A stretch of DNA of 64,000 nucleotides from a virus (taxonomy: Duplodnaviria; Heunggongvirae; Uroviricota; Caudoviricetes), in IMG/VR virus record IMGVR_UViG_3300027320_000003, positions 70,192-134,191 of that record, one strand, 5' to 3'. The notes beneath the pieces are model-generated. The model did not search any database and was not told where the DNA came from. It saw nothing but the letters and a program-made list of their open reading frames with translations. How positions within the stretch are numbered: position 1 is the stretch's first letter; each line of letters starts with the position of its first letter. Both the position numbers and the translations under genes were made by a program. Shown here piece by piece: positions 36,032 to 45,762 of the stretch.

Positions 36032-36378
36032 AACAGACGTCACTGTACTACGTAACCTTGACCAGCCCAGATAGCGGTCGTACACTCGTTCTATCGTGGG
36101 ATGAATCAGCCTACTGGAGAATGCATAGATACCCAGGGTCAGGTGAGTGCAAGCACGCGACGCTGACCGAGGCGCTTGAGAACGGAAAACAATGTCTATT
36201 TGATTCAGGTGTTAAGGCTAATCAGTTCTTTACATATTCTGACGACGCTGACACCGCCCGTAAGCATCCAGAGCTTCTGACTAGAAAGCTAGAGGTTCAT
36301 GAACTGTCCGCCTTTGAATTGAACCACCTTAATCAAGTGGCTTTAGCAGCGTTTATTGGATCTAGAATCTTAAAATAA
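36028..36378 (+). CDS. hypothetical protein
   Basis: 116-aa ORF with ATGA overlap. Confidence 0.4.
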   Translation: MKQTSLYYVTLTSPDSGRTLVLSWDESAYWRMHRYPGSGECKHATLTEALENGKQCLFDSGVKANQFFTYSDDADTARKHPELLTRKLEVHELSAFELNHLNQVALAAFIGSRILK

Positions 36379-36383
36379 ATTAT

Positions 36384-36415
36384 CTTTCCACTCAAGAATA
36401 ACCGTGTATTCTCCT
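36384..36415 (+). promoter_or_regulatory. conserved promoter-like element, copy 7
   Basis: CTTTCCA-ctcaagaataacc-GTGTATTCTCCT, followed by a 33-nt leader with SD aaaggaa before the ATG at 36451. Confidence 0.5.
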
Positions 36416-36450
36416 AGTATCAGTTTAAAACCTCAATAAAGGAACCAACT

Positions 36451-36927
36451 ATGAAAGCAATCGTAATTCGCAGTAAACGTGGAACATGGACAAGTAAGTC
36501 TTGCCGTGAGCTCCTTAACATCCGTGCAAACCAATCCGTCTATGTGATCGGACCAGACGGACAACTCATTGTAACCATTAAAAAAGCACCGGGTGAGGCC
36601 AGTCGCACTATGAATGCCGCTCTCAAGCACCTTAACGGCACCTCAATGATCGCCCTTGACCGTGATGTCATGCGTTCTATCGGCGTAGTGCCTGGTGATA
36701 TCGTAAAAGTTTCCGAGGAGCAAGAAATTCAGGCTGTTGACGTTGAGACCTACACGTCTGATCGCGAACGTCCAACGACACTCGCCCAACGCCTCGCTGA
36801 GATGACGGTAGGTGCCCATATGGTTCTCACGGCTTCCCAGTATAAGAGTAGCATCTACAAAGCAGCGAAAGATGCCGGTGTCGAGTTCACTAAACTCGGT
36901 AACAACACCATCAAAATTGTTGGTTGA
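36451..36927 (+). CDS. hypothetical protein
   Basis: 158-aa ORF. Confidence 0.45.
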   Translation: MKAIVIRSKRGTWTSKSCRELLNIRANQSVYVIGPDGQLIVTIKKAPGEASRTMNAALKHLNGTSMIALDRDVMRSIGVVPGDIVKVSEEQEIQAVDVETYTSDRERPTTLAQRLAEMTVGAHMVLTASQYKSSIYKAAKDAGVEFTKLGNNTIKIVG

Positions 36928-36943
36928 GGTAGCATCCGGCAAG

Positions 36944-36987
36944 TCTCCTCCGTGGTTGGCTGAGACTTGCCGGTCTCAACATGTATT
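36944..36987 (+). terminator. possible hairpin terminator
   Basis: 12-bp stem ccggcaagtctc/gagacttgccgg with a 14-nt loop. The downstream U-tract is weak. Confidence 0.3.
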
Positions 36988-36996
36988 TAGAATAGG

Positions 36997-37296
36997 ATGA
37001 GCACCGCCAAGAAGATCATAGAGGAATTAGAGGAAATGGAAGGTTCAATTGAGAGCCTCGCCGCTGATTTCATCGAAGACGTGGTTGGCTCATCCACTCT
37101 CAAGAAGAATTGGGAGCAGTTAAAAGCTTCCGCCGAATCACGGGATGAGGCTATCATTAACCAGATCGCCACCTATCTGGCCAAACAAGGTGAACCAGTC
37201 GCTTTCGCGAATGATGTTTACGACCGGGTTGAGAGTTGGGCGAAGATGGATCGCCAGTGGAGTTCATTTTTCTCACGCTGGAAGAAGTCCAGTTAA
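36997..37296 (+). CDS. hypothetical protein
   Basis: 99-aa ORF. Confidence 0.4.
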   Translation: MSTAKKIIEELEEMEGSIESLAADFIEDVVGSSTLKKNWEQLKASAESRDEAIINQIATYLAKQGEPVAFANDVYDRVESWAKMDRQWSSFFSRWKKSS

Positions 37297-37383
37297 ATTT
37301 TCGGTTCTTTTCGAACCACCTCTAATCATAAAGGCTTAGGCCACAAAATGTTGCTCGCTTAAAAGCAACGGAGTTCTCGTACT

Positions 37384-37773
37384 ATGACAACAATCGACAA
37401 GAATATAAAGAAATTCCAGAAATGCCTTACCGCCTGGCGCAAGTATCGCTTTGAATGCCAAAATCGCGGTTGGACACAGTCGGCGAGAGCATGCCGCAAT
37501 AAGGAAGTGCAAATTTCTCGCATAATCGGCGATCTTAAGGCTATTAAAATTTCATTGCCCTATGGTGATAGGGCAATGCTAATGAAGAACATCACCACCA
37601 AAGAAGGAGCTAATATGGCAACACGCAGTGGAAGTAAGTGGACAAAAGTTGAAGTTAAACGAGTCTTGAGCCTCAAACGCCGTGGACATACTTTCCGTGA
37701 AATTTCGGAAGTTATGAACCGCAGCTTGAGCTCTGTCTCAGCGAAATACTACGAGCAGAAATCAATCGCCTAA
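37384..37773 (+). CDS. hypothetical protein
   Basis: 129-aa ORF. Confidence 0.4.
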   Translation: MTTIDKNIKKFQKCLTAWRKYRFECQNRGWTQSARACRNKEVQISRIIGDLKAIKISLPYGDRAMLMKNITTKEGANMATRSGSKWTKVEVKRVLSLKRRGHTFREISEVMNRSLSSVSAKYYEQKSIA

Positions 37774-37791
37774 ACGAATTGATTCATCGTA

Positions 37792-37826
37792 AACAGCCTG
37801 CAGGCGAAAGCCTGTGGGCTGTTTTA
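37792..37826 (+). terminator. rho-independent terminator between convergent genes
   Basis: Stem aacagcctgcaggc / gcctgtgggctgtt of 14 bp (two G-U pairs) with a GAAA loop, followed by TTTTA. Confidence 0.5.
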
Positions 37827-38165
37827 GGATAGTAATTTAGAGATTAGATTCTTGGCGAGGCGTTCAGCTACTAGAGCGTTGAGCACGCCACCAGCATACT
37901 GCTTTTTAACCGTAACTTTGAGATTGTCAATCTCTTCCTCTGGTGCGTCAGATGCATCAACGATGTCCTGAATATCACGCATTACTTTTGGTTTTACTCT
38001 ATTTCCAAATTTTCTTCCCATAAAGTCAGCCGCAGTACCGGCATCGCACACTCTATTTTGAGGAGTTACCTTTTTATAGTTTGGAAAAGTTGATTTAAAA
38101 ACTTTACGCGGGTGATACGTTGTGTCACCAACTGTTTTTACTTCTGTGTTATCTATTACGTCCAT
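37824..38165 (-). CDS. hypothetical protein
   Basis: 113-aa ORF. Confidence 0.4.
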   Translation of the reverse strand: MDVIDNTEVKTVGDTTYHPRKVFKSTFPNYKKVTPQNRVCDAGTAADFMGRKFGNRVKPKVMRDIQDIVDASDAPEEEIDNLKVTVKKQYAGGVLNALVAERLAKNLISKLLS

Positions 38166-38202
38166 GACTTAAATACACCGGACGATTACGGAGGCACACG
38201 GC

Positions 38203-41200
38203 CTAGTGCTTGACAAGTTTCTTCATCCCGGCCGATATGTCATCCCAGTCAACATTTCTCTTAGGAACCTTTACGGCGTCCATATAGTTGTAACCAACTT
38301 CGTGGTCACAGTCAAATGGAACGATACACCACGAGGTGTCAAAACCAGGTACAAGAGTTGATATAACATCAGGCATGTTCTTAAACACCGAGTCACAAAT
38401 CTCGTGCACCTGTGGTAACTCGTCAGTAATGGCGTCGATAACCAAGGAATCATGCACCGTGCATATCAACTTACTCTCGAGCTGGTAGTCCTCCATTAAC
38501 CGTTCGATGGCGATGAGCGAGAACAGCATCATATCCGAGGCAGTTGACTGAATGAGATGGTTATACCCGGATCGCAGGGCCTTATTGATCCTCTGCTTAT
38601 CATCTGAAAATACTTCCTCGAATATCCGGACACGGCCTGTGATACTGACTGCGCAACCGTTATCCTGCACAAATCTCTTGTAATGACCAATGTGCGTCTT
38701 GAGATCTGGATACGCCGCAAAGAAATTCTCAAGCAGTTTCTCACATTCATCTAGCTGGAGATAGACACCAGCCAAAGCGCAGGCGCTCTGAAAACCAAGA
38801 GCACCGCCGCCGTATCCAGTAAGAAAGTTTAGGATTTTACCAAGCTTACGTTTACCAGCCAGTTTCTTAACCTCGTCAGCTTTGCCGTTCTTCTGTAACC
38901 AAATCTGGTGATCGTCGGAGAAGGTTTCGTACGGTATGTTAAACACGAGGCTAGTGGTTTGGCTATGCAGATCCACGTCGTCAACATACGCCTTAACCAT
39001 TGCACTATCACCGCATGCTGCGGCAAGTAGCCGTAATTCAATCTGTGAAAGATCGCTCTGAAATATGCAACCACGTTCCTTAAACCTTGAGCTGTATAGT
39101 CTCTTAATACCACCACTCTCGCGCGGAATTTGCTGCAAGTTTGGATTGGTGTTATGGTTAATGAAACCTTGGGCGACGTAGCTATTATCCTCCTCGACGT
39201 GCATGTCATGAACTGTCTCATACCCAACCATGTCTTTGCTTACGATGGTGTCATGACCGCCGTTGGCGTTAGATGCAATCTTGACAATGTCACCGATGTC
39301 TAGGTCTAGGAGATAGCTCCAACCGCTTGGAGTTAAAAATCTATGACCACTCGTGGCCTTGATGATGTAACCACGGCTCGTTATTACCCGGTACATGGTT
39401 GCCTTTGGTTTAACAACGTGGCACAGGATGCGTTGCCAGTGACCGGTATGGGTCTGAATCCGTGTGTTGCGGTACTTTGCGAGCACCTTGCCTAGATCCT
39501 TAATTCTAACGCGAATGTTTGTGAACCCGTTGACCTGCAGGTTTAAAACTGTGTCAGCTGACACGCAGCACGATAATCTACCACCTCGAGTACCGGTGAG
39601 CTTAAAGCTGGCATGTACGCAACCATCATCCATGAGAAGTTGCTGCGCTGTGCGGTCCTTCTTATCAACACCGGCGATGCTAAGGTTACGCATTGGTCTA
39701 ATATAGGAGCTATAGGCCTTGCGCAACTTGCGGTAATTGATCAATGGGCGCACCTGTGGATAACCAACACTAAGGTTGTTTAGGGTGAATTTGTCCATGG
39801 AAGCAAATTCAATTCGCTGATCCATCGGTATCTGGTCGATTGGAACGCCCTTAAAACGTTTATCACCTGCCTCCGTGAGAGTGTTTACTGGGCATTGGAG
39901 AAGGTTAAAGAGAATAGTTCGTAGCTGTTTCTTATCCTCTACATCAAGTTCCCAATCCGGGTTATTAACCTTCTGTATCTTAACCCATCGATCAATCTGC
40001 GGGTCGCTCTCCTGCAACTCCTTAATGGCATTACGAATTAGATCTGGGGACGCGACTTCCTGGCGGGTTAATTCGTCGACGTCAACGTGCATGCCGCGCG
40101 CCATCATACGGGCTAGAGTATCGCCAGCTGGTCGCATCAAGCAATCATATACTAACTTACGACTCGGCGGAGAGTACAGCCGGTATGCACCACGATTCTC
40201 CGTATGGGCCAATGGTATGCGGTATGTTTTGGCCAGCTCCAAGCGTTTGTCAATGCCTTCGCAGGCCTCCCAACAAACCTCAACGTCACCCATCACATAC
40301 GGTTTAAACGCGGTATCCCAATATTCTTTTGGGCAATTGGCGTAGTGACCACCGCTGTCTGGGTGTAGGAGCTCCGGATATTTGTCGATGAGCATTGTCA
40401 TGCGCTCCTCGTACCCCGCTAGTGTCGGTGCCCAGTCGTAGGCAATAACCTCGAGTCCCATGCTACCGGTCTCCTGTCTCCAAATGTACCGCATGTGCCA
40501 ACTATCCTGCCAAAAAGCACTACAGATCTTCTCAATGTAATCTCTACCTCCAGGCAGTGTGCCAATCACGAACAGGATATCGAAAGTAAGATTATGCCCA
40601 CGCAGCTTACTCGCCGACAGGGCCCGCAAAATAAACGGTGATAGATAGGCAACAAACTCCTTCAACGGGCTACCTTCGTAATCCCATGCCCAACCAACGC
40701 TGCGGTCAGTTCCATCCAGTTCATTCCACCGGAACATAAAATAAACAATCTTGTTTCCGTTTTTAAACGGATGTAGGCCTGTCGTTTCAGTATCAAAACT
40801 AAGCAATGTTCCTGGGTTGTCAATAAGATACTGGCATGATTCTCTTACGGCCTCAGGGTCCTCTGTTAGGATCCACCACGGACGATCATACTCGTAGGTC
40901 TCAACTCCGCCAGCCTTCGCTATCGCCGCTGCCTTAACAAATGCATCATTCCACCGTTTCACGGAGATCTGGTTGGCAAAGGTAAAGACGATCTTTGGGC
41001 TTTGAATCGCCAGAATAGGAATCTGTGTCTCGCCGGATGGACGATCACCGAGTATTGGATGACCACCATCGTAGGTCTTAGAGATCAAAAAATCGTCTGG
41101 CCAACCTCGCCAATTAAGGATACGACCATTCCAGTCCTGCGCGTTGGATTTAATATTCAGCAAACCGAGCACGTTGGAACCAACTGCCATAACAAGGGCT

Positions 41201-41697
41201 GGCGGATGATCGCGAAGCTCCTTCGTAAGAAATAGACGGCAATATCTACCCGCAGACTTAGCCGATTTCTTAAGATCGCCTGGGAAGCAGCGGGTGATAG
41301 GGGCAATGCGGACGGTGTCCTCAAACTTAAGACCTAGCTTCGTAAGGTGCGGCGAGAGCGTCTTTCGTAGGAAACTATTGACACCCTTATCCTGTCCAAT
41401 ACGGCCGTTCTCATCCTCGGATTGGCTGGGACCCTCAGTTATGATAGTGATCAACGGTCTGTCTGGCCCTACTGGCTCAAGATATTTTGACCGACAATTA
41501 GAGGCGAATAGCGCACATTTCCTGCACACTGGATTATCAGGTCCTGGCTTGAAATCAGCACCAGATGCGATTAACTCCTTAGCCTCGCGCTCATATTTCT
41601 GAAACGGAGACTTTTCTTTCTTGACCTTCTCGGTCTTAGCTCGAGCTTTTCGCGGCTTCTTTTCTATCGTGGCGTCTAATTGTAATTCTTCCATCAT
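38203..41697 (-). CDS. family A DNA polymerase with N-terminal UDG-like domain and 3'-5' exonuclease, interrupted by a mini-intein
   Basis: Exonuclease motif FDTETTGL. Pol A motif A DLSQIELR, motif B RKLGKILNFLTGYGGG and motif C VHDSLVID. LTGTRGGRLS-[intein]-TNPNLQQIP corresponds to the conserved RLSS..PNLQNIP segment. The N-terminus has a family-4 UDG-like CxxC plus GEGPG-like ITIITEGPSQSEDENGRIGQ...SFL. Confidence 0.85.
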   Translation of the reverse strand: MMEELQLDATIEKKPRKARAKTEKVKKEKSPFQKYEREAKELIASGADFKPGPDNPVCRKCALFASNCRSKYLEPVGPDRPLITIITEGPSQSEDENGRIGQDKGVNSFLRKTLSPHLTKLGLKFEDTVRIAPITRCFPGDLKKSAKSAGRYCRLFLTKELRDHPPALVMAVGSNVLGLLNIKSNAQDWNGRILNWRGWPDDFLISKTYDGGHPILGDRPSGETQIPILAIQSPKIVFTFANQISVKRWNDAFVKAAAIAKAGGVETYEYDRPWWILTEDPEAVRESCQYLIDNPGTLLSFDTETTGLHPFKNGNKIVYFMFRWNELDGTDRSVGWAWDYEGSPLKEFVAYLSPFILRALSASKLRGHNLTFDILFVIGTLPGGRDYIEKICSAFWQDSWHMRYIWRQETGSMGLEVIAYDWAPTLAGYEERMTMLIDKYPELLHPDSGGHYANCPKEYWDTAFKPYVMGDVEVCWEACEGIDKRLELAKTYRIPLAHTENRGAYRLYSPPSRKLVYDCLMRPAGDTLARMMARGMHVDVDELTRQEVASPDLIRNAIKELQESDPQIDRWVKIQKVNNPDWELDVEDKKQLRTILFNLLQCPVNTLTEAGDKRFKGVPIDQIPMDQRIEFASMDKFTLNNLSVGYPQVRPLINYRKLRKAYSSYIRPMRNLSIAGVDKKDRTAQQLLMDDGCVHASFKLTGTRGGRLSCCVSADTVLNLQVNGFTNIRVRIKDLGKVLAKYRNTRIQTHTGHWQRILCHVVKPKATMYRVITSRGYIIKATSGHRFLTPSGWSYLLDLDIGDIVKIASNANGGHDTIVSKDMVGYETVHDMHVEEDNSYVAQGFINHNTNPNLQQIPRESGGIKRLYSSRFKERGCIFQSDLSQIELRLLAAACGDSAMVKAYVDDVDLHSQTTSLVFNIPYETFSDDHQIWLQKNGKADEVKKLAGKRKLGKILNFLTGYGGGALGFQSACALAGVYLQLDECEKLLENFFAAYPDLKTHIGHYKRFVQDNGCAVSITGRVRIFEEVFSDDKQRINKALRSGYNHLIQSTASDMMLFSLIAIERLMEDYQLESKLICTVHDSLVIDAITDELPQVHEICDSVFKNMPDVISTLVPGFDTSWCIVPFDCDHEVGYNYMDAVKVPKRNVDWDDISAGMKKLVKH
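39151..39567 (-). mobile_element. mini-intein (Hint domain, 139 aa, no endonuclease domain) inside the polymerase gene
   Basis: Begins CVSADTVL (block A). Contains block B THTGH. Ends VAQGFINHN, followed by Thr as the +1 residue. Removing it restores the contiguous Pol A motif GRLSC-TNPNLQQIP. Confidence 0.65.
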
Positions 41698-42703
41698 GTC
41701 GATAGAGAGAACACCACTATTTGATCCGCCGAAAGGGTGTTTTGGAAATGATTACATGGTAGACAAATCCGTCTGCCAGCCATGTCAATACAAGGTTGAC
41801 TGTGCCAAGTATTCCTCCAAATGTCACCTGCAAACACCGATTCTGGAAGCCGTCTGGAATTTCAGACCAGCGACTCTGATTGAGGTCAAGATAGACCATA
41901 AGAAGGAACTGCGTCTTATCTACGAGGAATGTTACCGGGTAATATTTGGTCGCGATAATAAGTCTGACAACCTCTACCGGTTGAAATCGGCGTACGAGCG
42001 CATCTCCGAGAATATCAGCCTCTGCCGTACGACTCCGCGTCTTTACTTCTTAACCCTAATGTGGTGCCATCGCGAGGCTGAACGAAACAAATTCTACTGT
42101 AACTATGTACTCGGTGAAGGTGCTGTGACTAAATTCACTCGCTGGAAGCTTGAGGCACAGAATAAATTTGGTAACCATGACGAGGGTAGCCTAGAGGAAT
42201 TGTCAGAGAAATCTGGACAGGTGAAAAGCTACCATCGCCAACTCACAGATTCAATGACAATGGTTGGCGAGTGGGTTGTCAGGCACCGTCTAAAGTGCTC
42301 AGGACCAACCGAGAAGATCTTCCTAGAGATGAATGAATGGAATATGCCGATGATTTGGCTTGTTCTCTCCCAGGAGTATTACGACAATGTGCTCGTACCA
42401 TGGCATGAGAAAAGGATTGACTCAACTGATGAACAGGATAAGCTACGAACAGCGGTTGCTCGCAATCTCGCGAAGTTAAAGCGCAAAAAGAATATGTCGG
42501 CGTGGCTGTTTGATCTAAAGGCCCAGTGCATGAAGGAGAGTCTGGTAACTGTTTTCGCAAAATTCAAGCACCGTCCTGAAGACTTTTCCTCAGCGAATGC
42601 GGAATGGACGAGCGAGTTTAAGTTCTGGGGTCACGTCGGTAATGCAATGGTTCACTGGAAACTTCTTAACTTCTACCACTACGGAACAAGCCTTGATATA
42701 TGA
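41696..42703 (+). CDS. hypothetical protein with N-terminal 4-Cys zinc-ribbon-like motif
   Basis: CFGNDYMVDKSVCQPCQYKVDC. The start codon overlaps the polymerase start codon on the opposite strand; the track start upstream is a TTG inside the polymerase gene. Confidence 0.4.
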   Translation: MSIERTPLFDPPKGCFGNDYMVDKSVCQPCQYKVDCAKYSSKCHLQTPILEAVWNFRPATLIEVKIDHKKELRLIYEECYRVIFGRDNKSDNLYRLKSAYERISENISLCRTTPRLYFLTLMWCHREAERNKFYCNYVLGEGAVTKFTRWKLEAQNKFGNHDEGSLEELSEKSGQVKSYHRQLTDSMTMVGEWVVRHRLKCSGPTEKIFLEMNEWNMPMIWLVLSQEYYDNVLVPWHEKRIDSTDEQDKLRTAVARNLAKLKRKKNMSAWLFDLKAQCMKESLVTVFAKFKHRPEDFSSANAEWTSEFKFWGHVGNAMVHWKLLNFYHYGTSLDI

Positions 42704-44112
42704 GTGAGAGTACCCGCTTCGATAAGTTTGATTTTAAGGAGGAGTTTGAATCCCTACTCGTGGCATGCATCCTTAAGATGCCAGACAAGTTCATTCACCT
42801 TGTTGGAGTAATTCAGAGCACCTACTTTACATCCATCTCCAATGGTACCGCAGTTAAGGTTGTTCAAACACATTATAACAAGTGGAGTCGCATACCAACG
42901 ATTCAGATGTTTCTGCAGCTGTTTAGCGACGCTGCTAAGGATGTGCGCTCCATTGAAGATTCAGACGAATATCTACGCCGGATCAACGAGCTGTCCGTAG
43001 ACGACTGGGAGGCAGTGTATGACCGTGTTCGTCTCTTCTGCCGTGAACGCGCCACCGTCGCCGCTATTAAACAGAGTGTCGCTAAGATGCGCGAAGGTGA
43101 ATACCCTGAGGGTGGTTTCGCCTCCTTATTCGAACAGGCAGTGCAGGTTGGGCAGAATCTCGACGATATTGGTTACATCCTGCACAATGATTATTCCACC
43201 ATCATCGATAAGGAAACTGACATCTCCGCAGGTATTTCAACCGGTTGGAGCCAGTTTGATAATATTTGGCGTCGCGGATTAAAACCAGGTTGGTTAGTCG
43301 TACCACTAGCACCACCAAAGCGGTATAAATCCACGTTCTGCCTCAATATGGCGCTGAATATGGTTTCACCAAGTGTCGGGCAGGATGTCATCTACTACAG
43401 CGCTGAAATCTCCGCTGAACAGGCAATGCACCGCATCATGTACAATATGACCGGTGTTGGCGAGACCGGCATGTTTGAGGGTATTGATGTCTTTAAAGAT
43501 AAGGTTAAGGCACAGATTGAGCAGAGGATCGCCGCCAATCTGCTGGTGAAGCATTACCCGATTGGAACAGCAACCATCGGCGACATGAAAGCCCACTGCA
43601 AACTAGCGATGAAGCAAACCGGTATTAAACCAAAGGCGATCTTTATCGATTACGCAGATTCAATCCGTGCTAGTAATGCTAACGAGCAGACCTACGTGCA
43701 ACAGATGAACGTGTATAAGGAGGCCATCGCCTTCGGCAAGGAAGTTGGCGCAGCAATCATCATGCCAGATCGTTGTACGAAAGATGCGGTTGATACCCGC
43801 GTGCCAAGTATGAAAGCTTTTCAAGGTTCATTCGCTAAAGGTGGTATTGTTGACGCGGCGATTGGGATTTGTAGCACCAACGAGGAATACTCAAAGAATA
43901 TTCTTAGGTTCTTTGTATTCGTAAATCGCCATGGCCCAGCATTCCAACATTTTCAGGGTAAGATTGATCCTGAGCGCAGTCGAATCGATATTGGCAAAGA
44001 GATTGCATACGATCCGGATGACGAGATTGCAGAGGACAAGAAGTCGCGTGGCAATGGAGGCGGTGGTCGTGGACGGTCATCCTCCCAGGCAATTCCAGAG
44101 GATTTAGTTTAA
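42700..44112 (+). CDS. DnaB-family replicative helicase
   Basis: Walker A region WLVVPLAPPKRYKSTFCLNMALN (compare LIIVAARPSMGKTAFALNIAQN). DnaB-like N-terminal domain. C-terminal RGG-rich tail. Confidence 0.65.
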   Translation: MSESTRFDKFDFKEEFESLLVACILKMPDKFIHLVGVIQSTYFTSISNGTAVKVVQTHYNKWSRIPTIQMFLQLFSDAAKDVRSIEDSDEYLRRINELSVDDWEAVYDRVRLFCRERATVAAIKQSVAKMREGEYPEGGFASLFEQAVQVGQNLDDIGYILHNDYSTIIDKETDISAGISTGWSQFDNIWRRGLKPGWLVVPLAPPKRYKSTFCLNMALNMVSPSVGQDVIYYSAEISAEQAMHRIMYNMTGVGETGMFEGIDVFKDKVKAQIEQRIAANLLVKHYPIGTATIGDMKAHCKLAMKQTGIKPKAIFIDYADSIRASNANEQTYVQQMNVYKEAIAFGKEVGAAIIMPDRCTKDAVDTRVPSMKAFQGSFAKGGIVDAAIGICSTNEEYSKNILRFFVFVNRHGPAFQHFQGKIDPERSRIDIGKEIAYDPDDEIAEDKKSRGNGGGGRGRSSSQAIPEDLV

Positions 44113-44138
44113 CAAGTCACAATTTAGTTAAGGGCAGC

Positions 44139-44888
44139 ATGACATATTTAAGCAACGATTCGGTGTTAGACCTGGTAGATAGGGTGTCGACCGGGTGTGC
44201 CGATAGCCGCAATCGACTTATTCTCAATTACTATCCGGCCGGTTTCCATATCGCTCACCGTGTAAACAACTACACGAACATCATGGACGTCTCAGACCTA
44301 GCAGCGAGTGCGCATTACGGATTAATCAAAGCGGTTGATAGTGGTACGTATGACAGAACCAAGGCGGTCTTTACCACATGGGTCTATACATGCATGGAAC
44401 GGCAGGTCTATACTGACATGCACCGGTTCAGCAGAATCACGCGGGTTGATGCGGTTAGTTCTCAGCTAGCCACAAACATTCGACAATTCCGAGATGACTT
44501 CCGCGAGAAGCATGGGCGAGTTGCCACAGAGGATGAGGTTTGTGCCGCCTTCGGAGTTACACGGCGTAAGCTGAGAACAATGACACTCGTACCTACGAGA
44601 TGCTCCATCGATGTTATCGACACTATGGTTGATGCAAAGCTGGAAACTCCGAGCGTTGGGCCCGATGTCATTCAGTTGGAGTATATGCATGCGGCGATAT
44701 CAAATCTGCGACCACGTGATCGTCACATCATCTGTTCCTACTACGGAGTTCAGGGACGATCACGTATGACCATGAGTCAAATCGCACAGGAATTAGGTAT
44801 TGTTCGCCAAGGCGTAGGTCAGCACGTTGCGCGTATTGAAAAACATCTACAAGCGTCAATGAAGGCGATTAAACAGGCATTGGAGTAA
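44139..44888 (+). CDS. sigma-70-family RNA polymerase sigma factor
   Basis: Region 2-like segment VFTTWVYTCMERQVY. Region 4 HTH MSQIAQELGIVRQGVGQHVARIEK. 249 aa. Confidence 0.7.
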   Translation: MTYLSNDSVLDLVDRVSTGCADSRNRLILNYYPAGFHIAHRVNNYTNIMDVSDLAASAHYGLIKAVDSGTYDRTKAVFTTWVYTCMERQVYTDMHRFSRITRVDAVSSQLATNIRQFRDDFREKHGRVATEDEVCAAFGVTRRKLRTMTLVPTRCSIDVIDTMVDAKLETPSVGPDVIQLEYMHAAISNLRPRDRHIICSYYGVQGRSRMTMSQIAQELGIVRQGVGQHVARIEKHLQASMKAIKQALE

Positions 44889-44890
44889 CT

Positions 44891-45115
44891 ATGGAAAAAT
44901 ATGGTACGCATTTCACTCATTATGGCTGGTTTCTATTCTGCCCTATTCTTGGCTTCTATGATGAAGATGATGGCGAATTCAATATGGCACCACGCTTCCT
45001 AATCCTCGAACCACTGCTATGGTTGGCCGAGGAGGTGCAACACCTGTTCAACACGATTCATGAGGAGGAGAACGTTGGCTTCTACGTGTGGATTATGCCG
45101 TTCCAGCCGAAGTAA
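44891..45115 (+). CDS. hypothetical protein
   Basis: 74-aa ORF. Confidence 0.3.
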   Translation: MEKYGTHFTHYGWFLFCPILGFYDEDDGEFNMAPRFLILEPLLWLAEEVQHLFNTIHEEENVGFYVWIMPFQPK

Positions 45116-45359
45116 AGGCTAACGGTACAATTCTGTATGGTACATGCGCCCTATCTAGTAGCCCGCCAAGTTGCTTGCAAACCTCGTGTTCATGCACGTA
45201 GGCTAGGGCTTGTCCCTTCTCGGAGACCTCTTCCATGATCCTATCCAGAATGGTTGAATTAAAGCTACACCGGTCAAAACCTATGAGTACCGAAGCTGGT
45301 ATCGTTGAGTCAATATTCTCTTTTGGATCTAACAGGATAAGCTCGTAGATGTCGTCCAT
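45093..45359 (-). CDS. hypothetical protein
   Basis: 88-aa minus-strand ORF. Confidence 0.3.
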   Translation of the reverse strand: MDDIYELILLDPKENIDSTIPASVLIGFDRCSFNSTILDRIMEEVSEKGQALAYVHEHEVCKQLGGLLDRAHVPYRIVPLAFTSAGTA

Positions 45360-45762
45360 ATTAGAAAATACACCAAAAACGGAAAAAGGAAAGCAGAAAT
45401 CACCTATTTTGTGCTGCGTGAAGTTTTGCCGCCGCAGGCATGCACCGCGTTCTAGGAGATGTTACACCTGCTTGTCCAGGAGACACAAGGAGCTTAACCC
45501 AATCGCGTACAGATTCAATATCGCCAAGCAGAGTGCGAAGTCACGCGGTATAGCCTGGGAGCTCACGATTGACCAATACACCGATTTTTGTGTTAGAACT
45601 GGTTACCTTGAAGGTTCAGGTAAAACGCGGCAGAGTCTTACCATAGACCGAATTGATCCAACACATGGGTATAGGGAGGATAACATCCGTTGCATACCAC
45701 ATTGGATGAATGATAGGCTTGGTGCTATCTATGGCGCGTATATGAGGCTAAACGGAAAGTAA
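45349..45762 (+). CDS. putative HNH-family homing-endonuclease-like protein with N-terminal zinc finger
   Basis: TIDRIDPTHGYREDNIRCIPHWMN resembles an HNH core (xIDHIxP..GG...NL..LC..CH). N-terminal CCVKFC...CYTC cluster. Confidence 0.4.
   Translation: MSSILENTPKTEKGKQKSPILCCVKFCRRRHAPRSRRCYTCLSRRHKELNPIAYRFNIAKQSAKSRGIAWELTIDQYTDFCVRTGYLEGSGKTRQSLTIDRIDPTHGYREDNIRCIPHWMNDRLGAIYGAYMRLNGK

Noticed and set aside
38271-41602. Short ORFs on either strand within the DNA polymerase gene (38271-38453, 38829-39227, 39464-39706, 39875-40345, 41002-41602)
   Set aside because: They are fully embedded in a long, well-supported polymerase reading frame and have no independent signals.
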